From Convolutriloba macropyga (taxonomy: Eukaryota): a stretch of 44,063 nucleotides of DNA. The notes below the pieces were generated by a model. It was not told the DNA's origin and did not search any database. It worked only from the letters and a program-made list of their open reading frames with translations. The stretch lies in NCBI RefSeq assembly GCF_964194025.1, contig NC_134469.1:72373938-72418000 (forward strand). Reading direction: 5' to 3'. Positions 31,547 through 44,063 of the stretch are shown in pieces (the stretch's first letter is position 1; each line of letters starts with the position of its first letter). Made by a program: the position numbers and the translations under genes.

Positions 31547-34500
31547 TTGTCAACTGAAAATCCTTCACAGGCGTCTCAGGAACAACAACCGCTTGAAAGA
31601 GATGTATGAAGAAACACATGAATCAAATCTTTAGAACTGCTACGTCATATAAGTTGAAATGCTACCGTCTCAACCCAAGAAAACTTCGTAACTGCCTCAT
31701 TATCCAGTAGTTAATACAAAAAAACCAGGAAACTACGCAGAATAGCAAATGCTAATTTCGAGGCCAGTCCCTGAACTCAAATTATTTACCGAAACAGATT
31801 CACTTAGCAATTTAGACGGAATGCTTCAGAGATTTTGTGAAAACCCAATTGCCACACTTTGTGATATCAAGGACATGTTCATGCATTTAGCAAAAAAGCA
31901 TGAGGACCAACCTGCGCTACGGTTTCTTTGGCCCAAAGAAAACTTGTTCAGCCATTATCAATTCCCCAATCTAACATTTGGAGCAGCTTGCTCTCGTTTT
32001 TAAGAATTTTTAAACTGGAACCGTCGCGAAGACAATAAATTTTAATCACATAAAGCAGTCTACGCAATAAAGAAGAACATTTTTTTAATGGAAAACTATA
32101 TTCAGTTCTTTCTATCTATAGAAGAAGCAATCGAAACTGTTCAACAGACAAAAACAGCCTTGAGGAAGTTGGGTTTCACCTGACTCAATTGTGTCAAATG
32201 AAATTGAAGTTCTAACATTTAACCAAAAGAGCAAAAAAGACTAATCGAAAGAGATATTGAGAGTTCCAGCTCTGAAATAGAATATCAAAAATGGCCGTTT
32301 TCTAATTAAGACTTTATTGACGCCTATACGCAAGGGCCTATACGCAAAGAGAATTATAAACAATTTTTGACCAACTACAAAAACTGTCTCCACTCGCAAT
32401 CTGAACATAAATGGTTTAACAGCAAATATTTATAGAAAGCAAGCTGAAAAATGAGATAAACCTCATCTTTGTAATCTACACTTCACTTTGCAAAAAGTAC
32501 CAGTTACTTTGCAATGCCAGATATCGAAAACCCCAGATGGTTAAACACCTCAGCGAATAGGAACGTAACAACGAGCTTTTTGTCGTTATTTCAACTGTTG
32601 CATTTTCAGCGGTTGCCTACATTCGCATTGAGGAACAAGAGCATGATTTACAGCGTCGCATCTTCTTGTGAAAAGCAAAGCTGAAACAACTAGGCAAATT
32701 AGTGGGCCGAAATTAGATCTTGAAGCTGTCGCGTTATGTTATTGCCTCCGTATATTAGTACAAAACGAAAAGAAACTGGATTTTGGAAAAGCTTCCTTCT
32801 GTACGGAAAGCCTTATTGTCTTTGATTGGAAAAGCTTGACTAAAATAATAAAATGTTTTTGTTTCAAATAGACTACAAGAAGAAAAGACAAGTAAAAATG
32901 AAGAATGGAACAGCATCCGAACTAATAATAACTCAGCAGACAATAGAACGCGTAGCTTTGAGTCATGAAAAACTCAACAGAGATGGCTAACGTCACCAAA
33001 AATTTTACAGGACAGAGTGAATTCTTGAAAAGATATACGAAAATTTTCAACCGTTGGCGTCATAACTAGAAAACAAAACAAAACATTTCAACCTGTTATT
33101 GACCCCCAATCTTTTTATCTAGAAATAGACCACTTTTAATCCTCGCAACAGTCTTTATTTTGATGTTCAGAGCCAAAAAGCATCGTTTAGACAAAAATAA
33201 ATGCACTAGAGATGATGTTTGTTCGTCATGAAAATATGAGTTCAAACTATTACAGAATAAGGCTTGCTCTCCAATAATCAGTGTCTTCAAACGGAAAAAA
33301 AACTGAAGCAAAAAACAAATTCACAGATTGAGCCCAATCCTTTACCAGGATAGACTTTTTAAATCAAGTGGCGACCCTATTTTTGCTCCAACAGAATTGC
33401 AGATCAAAAAGTTTCCAATAATTCTAGATGCAAATGTCAAAGTCACAAGACTATATGTTGAACAAACAAACAACATTTAGGCTTCTCAAGCAAAGCAACC
33501 CGTCAAGGCTTTTGTGCAACCGTTAATTCCTCATCGGACTAGTAGAGACGCTGCTTACAAAGAAGCACTGTTTTCTGTGCCACTTTTTTTCAACACTCGG
33601 AACCTACAAGCAATTATGGCCCTACTTCTGCAATTTACTTTCCAACAGAACAGACTAAACTCCCATTCGCTAACACGGGACTGGATGTTTTCGAACCGTT
33701 TTATATTGAAATCAAACAGAGTCAAATCGAGAGACACTATGGACTCATTTTCACATGCCTCGTTACGCGGAAACATGTCCAGGCTTGAGTACTGAAACCG
33801 TTTTTCAATACTTTTCGGAGATTCACTTGCCGCAGTTGTTAGCAGAACTTCCTTCACAGCGATTACGGAAAAATGTTTGATGGCGCATCGGAAGAGTTAC
33901 AGAAGTGAATAAAGACTTTAGGCAAAAACAAAGTTATCAAAAAAATTGGTTGCAGTCAAACAGCATAGAATTTCAACCCGCCTAACGGTCCTAATTTTGG
34001 TAGGCTGTGGGAGCGTTTGGTTCGCAGCGCCAAAAAGACGCTGTTGATCATTGATCATTATAGGATCTAAACGGCTCTCCCTCGACATCTTCCAGAAAAC
34101 AATGGCTGAGGTTGAAGCAATCCTCAATTCAAGGCCATTGAAGAACAATGAAGATCAGCCCCACAACGAAGAGCTACTAACTCCGAACCAGTTCCTCATT
34201 CAACGACCGTTTAGTTCACTGGCACCTGAAAGCTTTGGAGATCAACGACAAAGCTATTTTCAAGAACTGCAAGCACGTTCAGCAGTTGATGAATCACTTT
34301 TGGCGAGGCTTGCTAAAGGATTACCAGCCGACTCTAATCAGGAGACGGAAAAAAACAGACAGCAATCAGCTTCCCTTGAAAATTGGAGATATCGTCTGGG
34401 TGCTGCGGGATCTGACTTCGAGAGGTATTTGGCCAACTGGAAGAGTCGTGGACACAACCCCTGGAAAATATGGCAAAGTACGAGTTGTCAAGGTGAAAAT

Positions 34501-34560
34501 GGCTTAGGGCTCGTTCGTGCATCAGGTCTCCGACCTCGCACGGGTTTTGTTCGTAGCGTT
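31547..34560 (+). pseudogene. BEL pol: RT, RNase H, integrase and C-terminal domain (decayed)
   Basis: LPHYPVVNTKKPG; LQRFCENPIATLCDIKDMFM; ALRFLW; LTFGAACS; AVAY; ISGPKLDLEA; PFANTGLDVF; YGLIFTCLVTR; FNPPNGPNFGRLWERLVRSAK; AEVEAILNSRPL; LTPNQFL; GDIVWV...RGIWPTGRV...PG..GKVRVV. Confidence 0.92.
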
Positions 34561-34718
34561 TGAATGCATTTTTGCTCCGGCTTCAGGCAACATACGCTAC
34601 CTCCATTTTCAATTGATGTTACCAGACCAACAAAATTTCGATTTTTGAAAACTTTTCAAGTCTGATGACAATCAGGATCACATCCAACTTTTAAGGCCGT
34701 GCCCTTTTTCTAAGGGCA

Positions 34719-34895
34719 TGTTCCCAATGACATTGTGAATTCAAGACATGAAATTGTGATGATGATGATGGTCATTGAGCAGCCCACCAAAACTATAAAA
34801 TTCACACTTGCGCAAAACAATTGCCAAAAAGTCGCAACTACACATCTATAGCAACCAAAAGAGGAAACCAAACAGACTAGATTAAATGTAGAACA
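34719..34895 (+). repeat. BEL 3' LTR (177 bp)
   Basis: Direct repeat of 26292-26461, followed by TSD TTGTG. Confidence 0.9.
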
Positions 34896-35399
34896 TTGTG
34901 ATAAAGCACAAATGGCGGAAAAAAGATCTTGGCACCAGACCCATAGAAAAGATGATAAAATTTTTAACTGAACAGATTATTGTAATTGAACACATATGGA
35001 GAATTATTATAGTTTTCACAATCAGTTATCAGAATTATTGTACAGCAATCACGCCCATTTAGGTGCGGCCAGAGTGAATGAAATTGTGCTGCCTGCTCGC
35101 CCGGAAGAACCATTTTGATTATATGCCAAATAGATTCAATTTTCGTAGATCTATAAATTTACATGCCGTCTGATAATGTTCTTAGCAATATTTCATTGCG
35201 GCCGAAGAACTTAAAACCAATAAATACCTTCGATTAGAAAAAGTTGAAACGTAAACTTAAAATTTTCTCATCTGCTTTACCTGCATTTTTGCTCCGTAAA
35301 TTTGCTTTTGAGATCACTTCTGATCACAACAAATTGCACTCAAAACTGCAGCCAAACTACTCAGCCAAACACATCACCACTGACTGAAGTCCCCCCATC

Positions 35400-37647
35400 T
35401 TTATTTAAAAAACGTCTGGTGGAACAAATTAATACCCCAAGTGATGAGGTTAACTTACGAAGAACCGTTTTGTAGGTTTCATTCAAACTACATTCAAAAA
35501 GAAATTTATCCCAAAAAAACGCATACGCATCAAAAGAAAAAATGGCGCAAAAGACGGTATTTTCTGAAGATATTACCAAACTGCACAAAGACCAAGTTGA
35601 ACCGACAAAAGGAACAAAACAATGTTATGCAGGGCGAGAAATAATTCTCAACCGCTACAAACAAGTGTAAAGTAAAATTTTTTACTAATGTTTACTTGCT
35701 TTTTAGGGGCCTCTGATGTTCGCAAAATTGAGCCGTCAGATGCATACAACCATATTGAACCAGATAAAGATAAAAACGAAATCTTTACAATCAAAACATC
35801 CATGTGCAGGCTACCATTTTTACTTTTTCAATTTTCAAAGGAATCAAGGGTGGTCTTCTTCGAAAACAATCTTCTATATATGGAAAAAGAAACGAGCAAA
35901 AACAGAAAAGAATGCCTGTGGTCAGAAACCAACTCCGTCAAAAGTTTTTTTTAACTCAAAGGGAAAGACATTCATCTCAGACGTTAGATTTAATGATTTA
36001 TCTGATTCTAAAAAACGAATATACCGCCCAATTCTTTCTATACATGATGAAAAAATTCAAAGAAGAAGAAGAACCACTGTTAAATTGATCCTTCTAGATT
36101 CTGTTGTCGGATCAATAAAAACAATTAGGAAAAGGTGCAAAAATCTTTTGATAAAATTAAAAACGAGTTAAGACAAAACTCACTAGTGCAGCCTAATGGC
36201 ACGACAAGCAGACCTGACAACAAACGCATCAAAAAATCAATAAGAAGGCTTCTCCTACATTCAGCGTCTCCTACGGAGACATTCTGTGATTACGGTTCTA
36301 GAAAGACGTTAAAAAATGATCCAATAAAGAGGGAGAGGCACACGTGGTTCCAATTGTGAAATTAGGTCTAGACTGCATACTGACCACAAACCTCAAAATC
36401 ATCTGCTTGCAAGAAGACGTAGTAAGCTCTGATGGAATTTGACTTCCAATTCATAAAAATCTATCAAGAGGTAAAATCCCGGCTTGTGATTCAATCAAAA
36501 CTGAGCTGGAAATGAATCGAAAATTCAAAGATATAAATAAAAATAACAGGTGGGGACAGTAATCATAAAAAGAACATAAAAAGAATTGTGCTCTGCCACC
36601 TCTCAGCGAAATCAACTTTCATTGCGTTGTAGCTTCACAGCCTGAGGTGCCAGACCGAAAGTCGATATGTCCAGACTGTCCCAGACGGATAGTGCCTATG
36701 TCCAGACTAATCCAGACGGAAAGTGTCTATGTCCAGACCGTCCCAGACGGAAAGTTCCTATGTCCAGACTATCGTGCGTTCATAACTTTTAGTTCTTCGG
36801 TCTGGACATATCGGCATTCGGTCTGGCATCTCAGCCTGGGTTTAATTTCATTCAGACAACCAACTGTCTAAATGGAAGAAATTCGGGAGACCATCCTGGG
36901 GAACTGTAAAGAAACATTGTTGCAAATGGTAACCCGACATCAGTCAACATCTGTTAATAACTGTAGGGAATGTCAAGAACACAGACCTCGCTTCGGCAAA
37001 ATAGTTTTAACGACAAAAGAAAGTTTAGGAAAGGCTCCATGTCGACTAAGTTCAATTCAAGGATAGAGGTCAATTTTTTGTGATCGTCGCGGCGGAGTCA
37101 GAAGGGATAGAAGTGAAAAAATGTGAAAAATGGAACCTCACAGGAAAACTTTGAGAGAATTGGGATATCGAAAATGCAATGCGGAGCTCTTCTACTGCGA
37201 GTTTTCATGACACATCGAAAGACTTCAGACTTCCAAAACAATGAACAGAGATCTTTTCCAACTAAAGTTGCGCCGCAACGGCCACTGATCTTTATTTAAA
37301 AGCAATAGCCATGCTCAAAACGACAACCAGTTCAACACTTCCAGGCAGCGTCTCTATCTGCAAAGTAATTAATAGTTCGTTCATCTTTTTGGATAATTCA
37401 AACAGTACAGAGTTGTAAGTGAGAAATATATTGCACGGCTGTTAATTGATGACATCAAAACGGAGTCAACCGAACTAACAGCTGGGACCAGTAGGGCCAT
37501 TATAGAAGTAGCATCGCCTAACACCATTGAAGCACCTTCATCAACTTAATTCAATTTTTTCAGGGGCACGCGACTCTCAACCAAATATGAGAAATATTTT
37601 CAAAGATTTGGCAAAGCTATCCTTACAAAGTTTTAAAAAGAGGGAGG
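35400..37647 (+). pseudogene. Heavily decayed Gypsy-type pol (RT-RNaseH-integrase) ending in a polypurine tract
   Basis: LGASDVRKIEPSDAYNHI...FTIKT (cf. L.GA..FSKIDL.DAY.QI...TINT); TDHKP at 36379; HPG at 36892 and VNNCRECQ (integrase Zn finger); FFVIV...IEV; purine run AAAAAGAGGGAGG just before (TA)n and the gap. Confidence 0.65.
36638..36838. mobile_element. MITE (201 bp) with 39-bp TIRs and internal 31-bp minisatellite
   Basis: TIR CAGSCTGAGRTGCCAGACCGAAWGYCGATATGTCCAGAC at both ends; TATGTCCAGAC recurs at 36666, 36697, 36728, 36759; no clear TSD. Confidence 0.85.
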
Positions 37648-37666
37648 TATATATATATATATATAT

Positions 37667-37866
37667 NNNNNNNNNNNNNNNNNNNNNNNNNNNNNNNNNN
37701 NNNNNNNNNNNNNNNNNNNNNNNNNNNNNNNNNNNNNNNNNNNNNNNNNNNNNNNNNNNNNNNNNNNNNNNNNNNNNNNNNNNNNNNNNNNNNNNNNNNN
37801 NNNNNNNNNNNNNNNNNNNNNNNNNNNNNNNNNNNNNNNNNNNNNNNNNNNNNNNNNNNNNNNNNN
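37667..37866. other. Assembly gap (200 N) preceded by (TA)n
   Basis: Directly visible; contiguity across it is unproven. Confidence 0.99.
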
Positions 37867-38410
37867 AAAAAACAAAAATACAAAAGTTATTTTGAACACT
37901 TAAAAAAATTAACATTAGAATATGATTATGCTTCAAAGTAGTCAATCAGCGCGTTTGTAGTGTTAGAACAAAACAATATCGGTTAGGTAGTACTTTCGAA
38001 ACAAATGACGGGTTGGTAAATTAGTAGAATTATTTTTTCCCATCCTTTTGTTTATTTTTCCCAATGCACAGTTCAGAAAATGGCGTTGGAAGCCGGTTAT
38101 AGAAATATTCTTTCCCATATCCTTAAGTAGTTTATTTCTCAAGCTAATATTACATGCATGTTATTTACGGGATATTTCTGATAGGCAAAGGTAAGACAAA
38201 TGGTGTAATAATCACCTGCATACTCCCGGATACCTCCCGTAATTTAGATTTGATTTTTCTTGAGAAAACGTTGAGACGAAATTGCTTCTTAAACCCAATT
38301 AAAATAAGCAGGTGGAAGCTATTTGCCATTAGTTTTCTCCGCTTGATCCTTAAATTTAGAACTATAGTGCTTTTAATCTATGCCGGTTTCAAAAATGAGA
38401 GGGTTTTCAG

Positions 38411-38884
38411 CTGGGTTTGTTGAATTACTAATACACCATACAAATGTTTGGTCCTTGCACGGGTTCAAAAAGTTTTTCATCGTCCAATCACAGGTGATGA
38501 AACGATTATGGGTCGGGGCCATTTTGTTTTCTTTGTCAATTTGTTCATACTACCTGGTAGAAACTGCCCGAGAGCATTTAATAGAGAAACCCATTGTCAC
38601 AAGCTTGGAATACGTGCACCTGGACCAGTTCGACTTCCCGGCATTCCGACTGTGCCCGAGTTTGTTCAGCCATGAAGTGTATTTCAACAGAATATTCAAT
38701 CAAACACGACACCGAGACCTGATTTTCATAATCCTTATGATATCGTTCAACCCGATGTTCAAGGATCTGCGGTATCACTTGGATAAGGATTTCAACACGA
38801 CATTTAAAAAGTATAATACTCTGGAGACTCTATGGCAGAATTATGTGAGGTCTGCGGGCCTGTTTGGCTATATGCATTACTTTG
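38411..38884 (+). CDS. DEG/ENaC (amiloride-sensitive sodium channel family) subunit: exon with HG motif, TM1 and start of ectodomain
   Basis: WSLHGF (HG gating motif), RLWVGAILFSLSICSYYL (TM1), PIVTSLEY...FDFPAFRLC (FPAVTxC motif); acceptor ttttcag|CT, donor TTTG|gtaagc (phase 1). Start unresolved: ATG 38080 or 38154 via phase-1 donors at 38096 or 38191, or unspliced ATG 38380/38395. Confidence 0.85.
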
Positions 38885-40360
38885 GTAAGCCAGAAGGGGG
38901 AAAATGTTAGGGAGAATGTATGTTATCCCATTTGTTTTGCTTTATTTAATGCCAAAATTTGGTCTTGGAACCCAACCTGGGTAAGACTCAAATCTTCAAT
39001 TTGTTCTGATAAATGCTTGGCTAAATTTGTGGTACAATTTATTTATCATAAAATGAATTGGAATTTTGTTTATTTTTCATTTTTTTCAAAGAATTATTGT
39101 CCTCTACGTCTTGCAAAAATGTTCGCAAATTTTTCAGCACTCTAAGATGGAGTGTTTTCATTTACGGTTACGCTTCACCTCAGACGACGCCGCAAAACTT
39201 ACATTTGGACTTTCTCGGCCAATTTGAACAAATCGTGGCCAATTGTGACAATACCTCGTCACATTCGTCTACTGTTTATGTCACTATCTTTCACAGTCTA
39301 CAGCTAGAGCTCTCAGTTTTATGAACCAAGATCTAAAGCACATTTCAGAAACAAAATTTTGTTTTTACCATGATAATATGAGTATGTTCAGATCAGCAAT
39401 TGGCTTTTTTGTAATCCGCAATTAGCAAGTTCATTTTTTATTTTCGAATTCTATGTTACTGAACTTTGATTCATAGAAGCATTTCTTGAAGACTCAGTTA
39501 TATAAATTTAGTGACTTGAATAAATTTGATCTTGTCTGATTGAACTGGTAAGTTAAATTTTCTAATGTTTCTAACTAAGTTTAAGACCCGTAGTTTGGAT
39601 CTAATTTTAACATTTTTGGACCAGTTGTATAATTTTGTAACTAAATTAACGATAAAACTTCCTCGAGGGAAGTGGAATTTTGACTTCTTGAAGTGTACCA
39701 AGTTGAAAAAAGGTCCTGAAAAGTCTAAAAGGTTTTTGATGTAAGATTTAGAGAATTATTTGCTCCTCTAATAGATCCGAGAATTTTAAAGATTTAAAAA
39801 CAGAAAAAGTTGTTCATTCTTGAATTATATATTTAGGAAGTGTTTAAGGTAATGAAAAATTGGGCAAGAACACAAAAACAAAAGATTAGAGGACATCCTA
39901 ACAAAAGAGCAATTTAAGCATTTATGCTCGAAAATTCAAATAATGGGACAAAAACTTAATCTTAATTCTCAAATAGAACGATTACAGCGCAATTGTTGAT
40001 GTCTTATGACAACTTCACCATATATCACTTATTTCACTTTTTCCCTTACTGTCTTTTTCTGTTCGGTTTTTTTAAGAAATATATATATTTTCTTGTTTTT
40101 TTTGTACATCGGATTTTGATAAGAATCATAACTTTCTACAATGAGGATAACGATAATAAAAAAAACAAAAGAAAAGTGATGACCATTTTTTGAGAGACAC
40201 GACTTTGAAAAGTGTGTTGAACTATTTTGATTTCTTCCTCAATTACATAATTGCAAATGACTCATTTAAAACCTTCAAGTTCACTGATAGATATGTGTTA
40301 GAAAAATTGCGTGATTGTTGTTCTAATCACCAAGTTTGGGTCTGAGCTATTTTATTTAAG

Positions 40361-40501
40361 ATCCCTATACCCTCACACTGGAGGAGACTCTGAGGCCATT
40401 TGTGGATGCACCCGTGACAGGTGTGAACAACTCGGGCCTGGGTCTCGATATTTTATTTCGCTCATCACTCAAGGAGTATCTCATCTCTTGCACTTGGAAA
40501 G
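40361..40501 (+). CDS. DEG/ENaC next exon: DPYTLTLEETLRPF...LFRSSLKEYLISCTWKG
   Basis: Acceptor ttatttaag|AT matches phase 1; ends with the family motif L.e.llsC.(F/W).G; donor G|gttata. This frame is not in the ORF track. No further exon was found, so the gene probably continues beyond the window. Confidence 0.78.
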
Positions 40502-40754
40502 GTTATATTTCAATTAAAGACAACTCCACCCAAGAATAGAGCGAATGGTTTACTTCAAAATTTTTGAGCCAATCAACTAAACAACCAATAGAAAACCCAT
40601 TGGACGAAACTGCAATTATCTTGAAAACCCTCTTCAAAATAGAACCCTTGAGTCAAATTCATTTATTAGAAGGAAGTTCTATTTATAATGAGAACATATG
40701 AATTGCTTACATTTTTTTGAAAAGGAAAGTTAGGTTCATAAAAAACGTTTCTGA

Positions 40755-40953
40755 TTTTTGTTGCAACCCCATTTTTAGTAGATGGAGGAAATATCAGCTC
40801 AGCTGCGTTTTCTCAGTCAAATTTGGCAGACCGACATATTGAGAGTGATGAGTGGTAATACTAGAAAACCCGTCCTGTGTAGAGTATAGAATTGAATCGT
40901 TTTTAAAAAATCATCCTTCTCGAGGTGTTATCGAGTTTTAATGTTTTGTGAAC
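40755..40953 (+). mobile_element. Older, degenerate 5' end of the same HINE-like family
   Basis: TTTTTGTTGCAACCCC...GGAGGAAATAT...TGGTAATACTAGAAAACCCGTCC...GTTATCGAGTTTTAA aligns with 1565-1770; no 3' end found. Confidence 0.55.
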
Positions 40954-43900
40954 ATTTCATTTCTCAATCTGATACTTTCCCATTTTTGGCCACATTCAGG
41001 CAATCTTTTTATTTTTTTTTTCAATTATTTTTTGTAAGTTCAACAAAAACGTATTTTTGTAGAAACGAATAGATAACCAGGCTATAATTGGTTTCATCGT
41101 GAAGCCTTTTTATCACGTGCTGCATTTGACTTTTGTTTTGGAATTTGTTCTCGTGACTCTTCGACCAGTTGTACTAAAGGCGATTAATATCAATCTGCTC
41201 TAATTGTGCATAGATATTGCTGTCTAAGGTGACTTGCAGGCAACTAATAATTTTTTGGCTCAGTTTTCCTTAAAATTTTTTGAATTTTGCCATTTTCTGT
41301 TATTTTTGTTTTTTAATGACTCCAAAAGCTGACAAAGTCCCGTTAAAGTTCTGAAATGATCTAAATAAATATTTACAGTATTATCAGTTATTAGGTTATT
41401 GACCTGCTTGAAATTACTTTTCTTAAAAATGCGCCTGCCTTTTATATCACAAGCTGAGTTTTTCCATTGATTGCTATTTCTCAAAAAATGATACTATTAG
41501 TTGTCTGAGTTCATCGCCAAAGGTTTTTTTACTCTGATAACAATGGTTTATAATAAGAAGAAGCGAAGGTTGAGTTCAGATTGTTTCTGTTTTTTTGTTT
41601 CTTTGAATCTCATTATTGAGGTCTTCAAAAAACTGAACGACGGACAATAGTTTCAGCTAAATTTGGTTTTTAGTTGATGGCCAATGTTAGACATGTAATT
41701 GAAGCTAAATCACTTTACAAATATTTGGAAAATTTTTAGGTTTTGACTACATTTAGTTGTTCACTTTGTTCTCACTGAGCCCACTATTTGAAACTCCGAT
41801 TCGCATTCTAAGAAATCTTAAGTTCAATTTTTAATGCACTCATGGTTTTATTTTTCTGTCAGCTAATGGGTTTTGTTTTTTGTTTTCAAAACATGGCTAG
41901 TATATTTGCCAATTTTTGCCATTTTCTAAAAAAAATTCTTTGTCGAGTTGTGAAATTTACTCATTATTAAGAACTGCAAGTTATTTTTTTCAAAATTACG
42001 GTTACATATATCAAATGTAGTAAGTTTTTTGATTTTTTGATACAATGTTCCGTTTAAATTGATGTTCTGTTTATTTGCGAGCTGTCAATATTTACGATTG
42101 GTGGGTGCCAACATTCACGCCTTTTTTGACGAATGGTCTCCATGTCTCAATTGAAACAGCTTTCATCAAGCATCGGACGAGACCAATTCCCAATTAGACG
42201 TTGATTCTAATTTTCAACTGTTTTTACTGAGCAAAATACTATTTGATGTTAAATAAAATTTGTGGAATAAATAAGTTTTCAAACAGTATCATTAGTTGGT
42301 TAACGTCTTTGGCCTATGTTTTCACTTTAACGCCAAAAAAGATATGGTTCAAATATCCATTAATTGTCCGCATTTAAATTTTCTCGCTTTAAAAAACATA
42401 TGAGAAGTTAGAGTTTTATATGGATGATTTTTTACAGGAAGGTGGCACCAAGTATTGGCCATTCTTTGCAATTTTTTTTCGTTTTTCAACGTTTTTTTTC
42501 GTATACGTTGGTCTATGTTTTCTGTTAGCAATATGTAATATTGTTTAAAGATAAGCGCAGTTAGGCAATTAGGAAAAAATGATTTGTTCACACTCTACCT
42601 ACATAAAATTAATTGAGCTTGGAAAAGTTTCAACAAAAATTGTGATCAAATTTCGCTTTCTGATTTTGTACTGATATATTAGTGCAGCGGTTAACTTATT
42701 CAGTTCTCTTATACTTACAAATCTCAATTGAACTTTTAATTTCTAAGCAGCATTGAATGAAAGTTATCCTGAAAATGGTGAAGTTGTCACCTATACGTCC
42801 TTAGTGATTGCAATTTTGTTTGCGAATGTGATATAACTTGATTTCTTGGTCTCTTTTTTCCTGATAAGTAAAAACAAATTGTTATTTTGATAATTTATTT
42901 TTTATTCTGCATGAAAAATTGCGTTCGGATTGCAGTTCTATCGTTTTGTTTCTTTCAATGTTCAACCTAGTGCTAAAGGGGAGTTTGATCTCACTGATAA
43001 TCTTCATTTATTTATTTGCACGTCTGTGTTTTTTACAACCTATCAAATTTTAAATAACAATTGGTTAACTACTCATTTTTGATTTGAGCGTAGTTTATCT
43101 CTGGTTCGAATGATAGACAGTTATACCAAAAGTTTGAAGCTAGGTCAAACACTTCGCGCCATGAAACATTAGCGAGCCTCCAGGTTTCATATACAGTACA
43201 AGTTTTCGAAAAATGTGACCTTATTAATTTACTCCTAGAGTTGAACTTTTGCTGACAACCTATGCTTTTTGAAGAGATCAAAAGTAAGTTGGCTTTTCAA
43301 AGCTACATCTCAAGCTGTTTATGATACCTTTTAATCAAACTGTGAGCAAAAATTTGAATATTTTGTTTTTTCGATAAAAAAATTAATTTTAGTAGATTGC
43401 TTAAACGAATATAACAGTCGGAAAAAAGGAAATCTCTCGAATTCACGATACTTAATGAAACACATACTTAGAGAATTGAAACATTTGTGAACGCTGATCT
43501 AACATTCGAAAATTATTTTTGAAGGAAAATCAAAACGAGTGTTGATTAACTTTACAAAAATTATTTTCATTGAAAAGTTGAAATATCAGAAGAGAGACGA
43601 ATAAATTCGGATTCAATTCAAATGAAGTTGTATGAAATTGAAAAAACAAGAACTCGAATTCGAAAATTTTCAACTGTATTTTTTTAGTGTGTTGTAGTAG
43701 CATTCGGACTAATTAAATGTCCCACAAAATGAACTGATCTCCAGGATACACTAGGAGGAAATTTCAACAAACAATGGTTTTGCTGTTGTACAATATTGGA
43801 TTTCGATAATTTAATAAGAACCAGACCCTAGTGCCATAATAAGTTAATACTGAAACGTTGCGTTCCAATTGTATATTGTCGCCCAGTACTGCATCAGTCT

Positions 43901-44063
43901 ATCTTAAGAGTATATTGCTACCTCATCATATGCAGTCTATTCATCTTATATACTTAGATACTTTTCTTCTGAAAATAGACTGAGCATTTTTTGTTTTGAT
44001 TCTCATTTTGTTCATAAGAAAATCATGAAAAAATTGTGAAAATTTTGAAAATAAATTGAAATT

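Larger units (their letters stand above)
26292..34895 (+). mobile_element. BEL/Pao LTR retrotransposon, full extent, decayed
   Basis: Direct LTRs TGTT...AACA at 26292-26461 and 34719-34895; 5-bp TSD TTGTG at 26287-26291 and 34896-34900; internal protease-RT-RNaseH-integrase motifs of BEL type. Confidence 0.93.

Noticed and set aside
37527-37945. ORFs spanning the N run
   Set aside because: Artefacts of the assembly gap.
39058-39324. Additional DEG/ENaC exon
   Set aside because: The best acceptor (ttttcag|C) gives an immediate stop in phase 1 and no family motif is present; 38884 joins 40361 in phase. Not fully excluded.

Overview
AT-rich animal genomic DNA with spliceosomal GT-AG introns and many transposon relics; I cannot identify the species from sequence alone. 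It holds two host genes. The first is a 7-exon minus-strand gene (25011->8206) that I assembled with all splice phases matching into a 636-aa protein: an acidic, low-complexity N-terminal half plus a six-blade NHL beta-propeller, with no RING/B-box. The second is the 5' part of a plus-strand DEG/ENaC channel gene from about 38.1 kb that appears to run off the window. Between them lies a stack of LTR retrotransposons. A decayed BEL/Pao element (26292-34895) has both LTRs and a TTGTG target-site duplication, and carries a ~175-bp tandem array in its leader. It is interrupted by an unusual ~1.5-kb Gypsy-type insert (LTR + PBS + gag only) whose right end is an INVERTED copy of its own left end. 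A decayed Gypsy pol with a MITE inside follows. Also present: two full-length Helentron/DINE-1-like non-autonomous elements with co-varying terminal hairpins, several MITEs and palindromes, a LINE RT relic, a perfect 3x130-bp intronic tandem repeat with cryptic 27-nt microexons, microsatellites and a 200-N assembly gap. Coordinates and identities were counted by eye and may be off by a few bases. No database searches were run.
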